Of a DNA stretch of 64,000 nucleotides, positions 61,702 to 64,000 are shown in pieces. The stretch comes from Lama glama. Its lineage: Eukaryota. The translations under genes and the position numbers were made by a program. The stretch lies in contig CM052818.1 of NCBI GenBank assembly GCA_028534125.1, positions 2,978,001 to 3,042,000 of the forward strand. The letters run 5' to 3'. Under the pieces are notes generated by a model. That model was not told the origin of the DNA and searched no databases. It saw only the letters and a list, made by a program, of their open reading frames with translations. The number at the start of each line of letters is the position of its first letter. Within the stretch, counting starts at the first letter, position 1.

Positions 61702-62807
61702 AAAATGAGTGAATGAATGATCCTGACTTGGTGGCCCCACATCCTCAGTGGGAAGCAGGGACGTCCTTGGGGCCTTCCGCTCTTGCAGCTGGCTTCCCAG
61801 AGGCCACGCCACAGATTCCCCAGGTGAATGCAGGAAGTGAACTCTCTCTTGAATGTGAGTTTTTCTGCTAGAATGCCAATGATAATAATTAATATCCACC
61901 TTGGCTTAATAAAAAAGGTTAGCTTTTCCCCCATATAATTAAAATGAAGTTTGGCGCCAGAATAGAGAATCAAAGGAGCTCCAGTATGTAAATGCAATCA
62001 GACATCCCCATGACACCGGCGGCTTTCCTAGCAACAGACTGCTGATCGTTCTGCAAAAGAGAACCAGGCAGATAAGCAGTCTTTGGGGCGACCTTAGCGC
62101 TTTTCATTCATTAAGGAAAGGCCACCCACTGGCCACTCTCTAATTTATTATCCTAATTAGGAAAAAGGTCCAACCCTGGCACACAATAGCCTTAAGGAAT
62201 AAGCAGGGCAGGGTGAATCAATCCAACCTGCCAGGATAACAAATCCAAGAGATCAGGGTGTGGGAGAAGTTTAAACGTAACCTCCGCGGCCTAGAGGGGG
62301 ATGGGCGGCCCCAGGAGCACAGGCACTGGCCAGCTGCGGGTGAGGGGAACACTCTACCGGGAACACTCTTCCTGCCGCGCCCAGTCCTAGTGCCTGGGAT
62401 GCACAGGTGAGGCAGACAGCACAGCCCTGGCCCTGCCCTTGTGGAAACGGCAGTCCTTCTCAGGAAGAGGAGACTGATGTCCATGGGACTATCAGAAAAC
62501 AATTCAGCTTGTGTGTAAGGAAGAATTGGGTAGAGGCCCCAGCCACACATGCCAGAAATGCGGAAAAGGGAGGGATGGGGTGGCCCGGGTTAGCCAGAGG
62601 AGGTTTATGAAGGGGGAGGACTTATGCTTGGTGCTTAAGGGATCAGATAAGGACTTCCTGCAGCAAAAGAAGAGCATCTGGAGTGGAGGAAGGGGAAAAA
62701 AAAGGGAGAGGAAAAGATTTCTTCATAAAATGGAGTCACTTCTAAAGAGTTGGTGGGAGTTTTCTATTTCAAGAGTTATTAATTATAGACATCTCACGCG
62801 GGCCTGA

Positions 62808-62864
62808 CTGTCTCTCTCTTTCTCTCTGTCTCTCTCTCTTTCTCTCTGTCTCTCTCTCTTTCTC
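62808..62864. repeat. (TC)n-derived repeat with a 20-bp higher-order unit
   Basis: About 3 copies of tctctctgtctctctctctt. Confidence 0.85.
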
Positions 62865-63725
62865 GTGTTGACGTGGATTTGGTCCATTTAGGAAACCAGA
62901 GGGCACCATTCTGTAATCAGCACTTTCAAGAGAGTAGAGTAAGACATTTGAGGTGGCTCGGAGTCATCAAAAAATTATCATTAGTCAATAAGGGTGCCTC
63001 TCCACCACTACCAGCTCATAGGCAGGTAGATCAGGTGGGAGAAGGTTGTGATTCATTCTTCCTCACACCAGAAACCAGGCTCCCTGGCAGGGTAGGACAC
63101 AGCCCCTGACTTCTCCAGAGCCCTGGACCAAGACTTTCTGGTGGGTTTGATGAGCTAGCCCAGCCCGCCCTCTCCTAAAGGCTGCTGGGACTTACTGGAA
63201 AGGGCGCAGCTCAGGAAGGAAGTGCCTCGTCAGCTCTGGGGAATTTGAGAATGAGGCATCAAAGCCAGAATCCAGTGCACTCATCGCCCACCTTCCACAG
63301 AACTTCTTTCCCTAAGTATCTCACAGGTTCAAAATGTAGGTCCCAGAAGGTTGGCCACACGGATGGGTCTCATTTCATCACCTGTTTGTTTCAGCACAGA
63401 AGTCCTGAGGCGCTGAGTGATCTGCCCAAGATCCCAAAGCTAATGCCTATCAGATGGGAGAGAGGAGAAACAGAGAAAGAATGGCCGGGGCCACCCAGGA
63501 AGCATAAATATGACTTCCCCTTGGCCTCTTGAGAGAAATTACTCATCCTCATCATCCTTTTCTCCCTAGCAGCCTTCTTCCCCGGGGCTGTCACGTGACT
63601 GTTCTCCAGCACTCTGCTCTACTCAGGGCAAGGGGCCCTAGCTCAAATCCTGCCTTAGGTGGCCACAGGTGTCTACTTTGCTCAGTTGAACAGGCCCCCA
63701 ATGTACCATCAAAATGTAAAATTGT

Positions 63726-63836
63726 TGGGTGACCAACCATCCTAGTTTGTCAGAGACTATTCCAATTTCAGCATGGAAAGTTCTGCATCCTAGGAAACCC
63801 TTCAGTCCCCAGCAAACTAGAATGGTTCCTCATCCT
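63726..63836. mobile_element. MER94-like hAT-Blackjack MITE
   Basis: gggtgaccaaccatcctagtttg...caaactagaatggttcctcatcct, imperfect inverted termini. Confidence 0.7.
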
Positions 63837-63921
63837 CTAGTATGCCTTAAACGTGAGCAGCCTTCAAAGGATTCTCATTAAACATCTGAAGCCAAAGGGG
63901 CTTTTTGGGGGCGGGGGGGAA

Positions 63922-64000
63922 TGTTTGTTTTTTACCGAAGTATAGTTAATTTACAATGTTAGTTTCAGGTGTACAGTTAAGTGATTCAATTCTACATATA
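63922..64000 (-). mobile_element. L1 3' end (runs off the window)
   Basis: tttttaccgaagtatagttaatttacaatgttagtttcaggtgtacag. Confidence 0.85.

Noticed and set aside
1..64000. CRISPR arrays, operons or other prokaryotic/viral systems
   Set aside because: The sequence is mammalian. I saw no repeat-spacer arrays, no long non-repeat ORFs and no ERV internal genes.

Overview
Mammalian genomic DNA, very probably a camelid: it carries about 16 copies of a tRNA-derived SINE matching what I recognise as camelid vic-1. The first ~7.7 kb hold the 3' end of TGFA (transforming growth factor alpha) on the + strand: penultimate exon 1729-1838 (CCQVRKH...CCHSET), last exon starting at 3655 (VV-stop), and a ~4 kb 3'UTR ending near 7650. 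The remaining ~56 kb look like gene-free, repeat-rich intergenic sequence (L1, L2, MIR, MLT1, MER41-like LTRs, MER5/45/58/94, MER44/Tigger7), with a 500-N assembly gap inside a young L1. I found no convincing new protein-coding system. The most interesting signals are regulatory or evolutionary: (i) an alternative acceptor in the TGFA 3'UTR that would give a ...SETGCWFY C-terminus; (ii) a SINE that places canonical poly(A) signals upstream of a dense terminal miRNA-site block; (iii) tandem MER41-like LTRs with TTC-N4-GAA STAT-type motifs just downstream of TGFA; (iv) probable L1 and SINE 3' transductions; (v) an unidentified GC-rich insert. Repeat subfamily names come from recalled consensus sequences, not from a database search, and many repeat boundaries are approximate.
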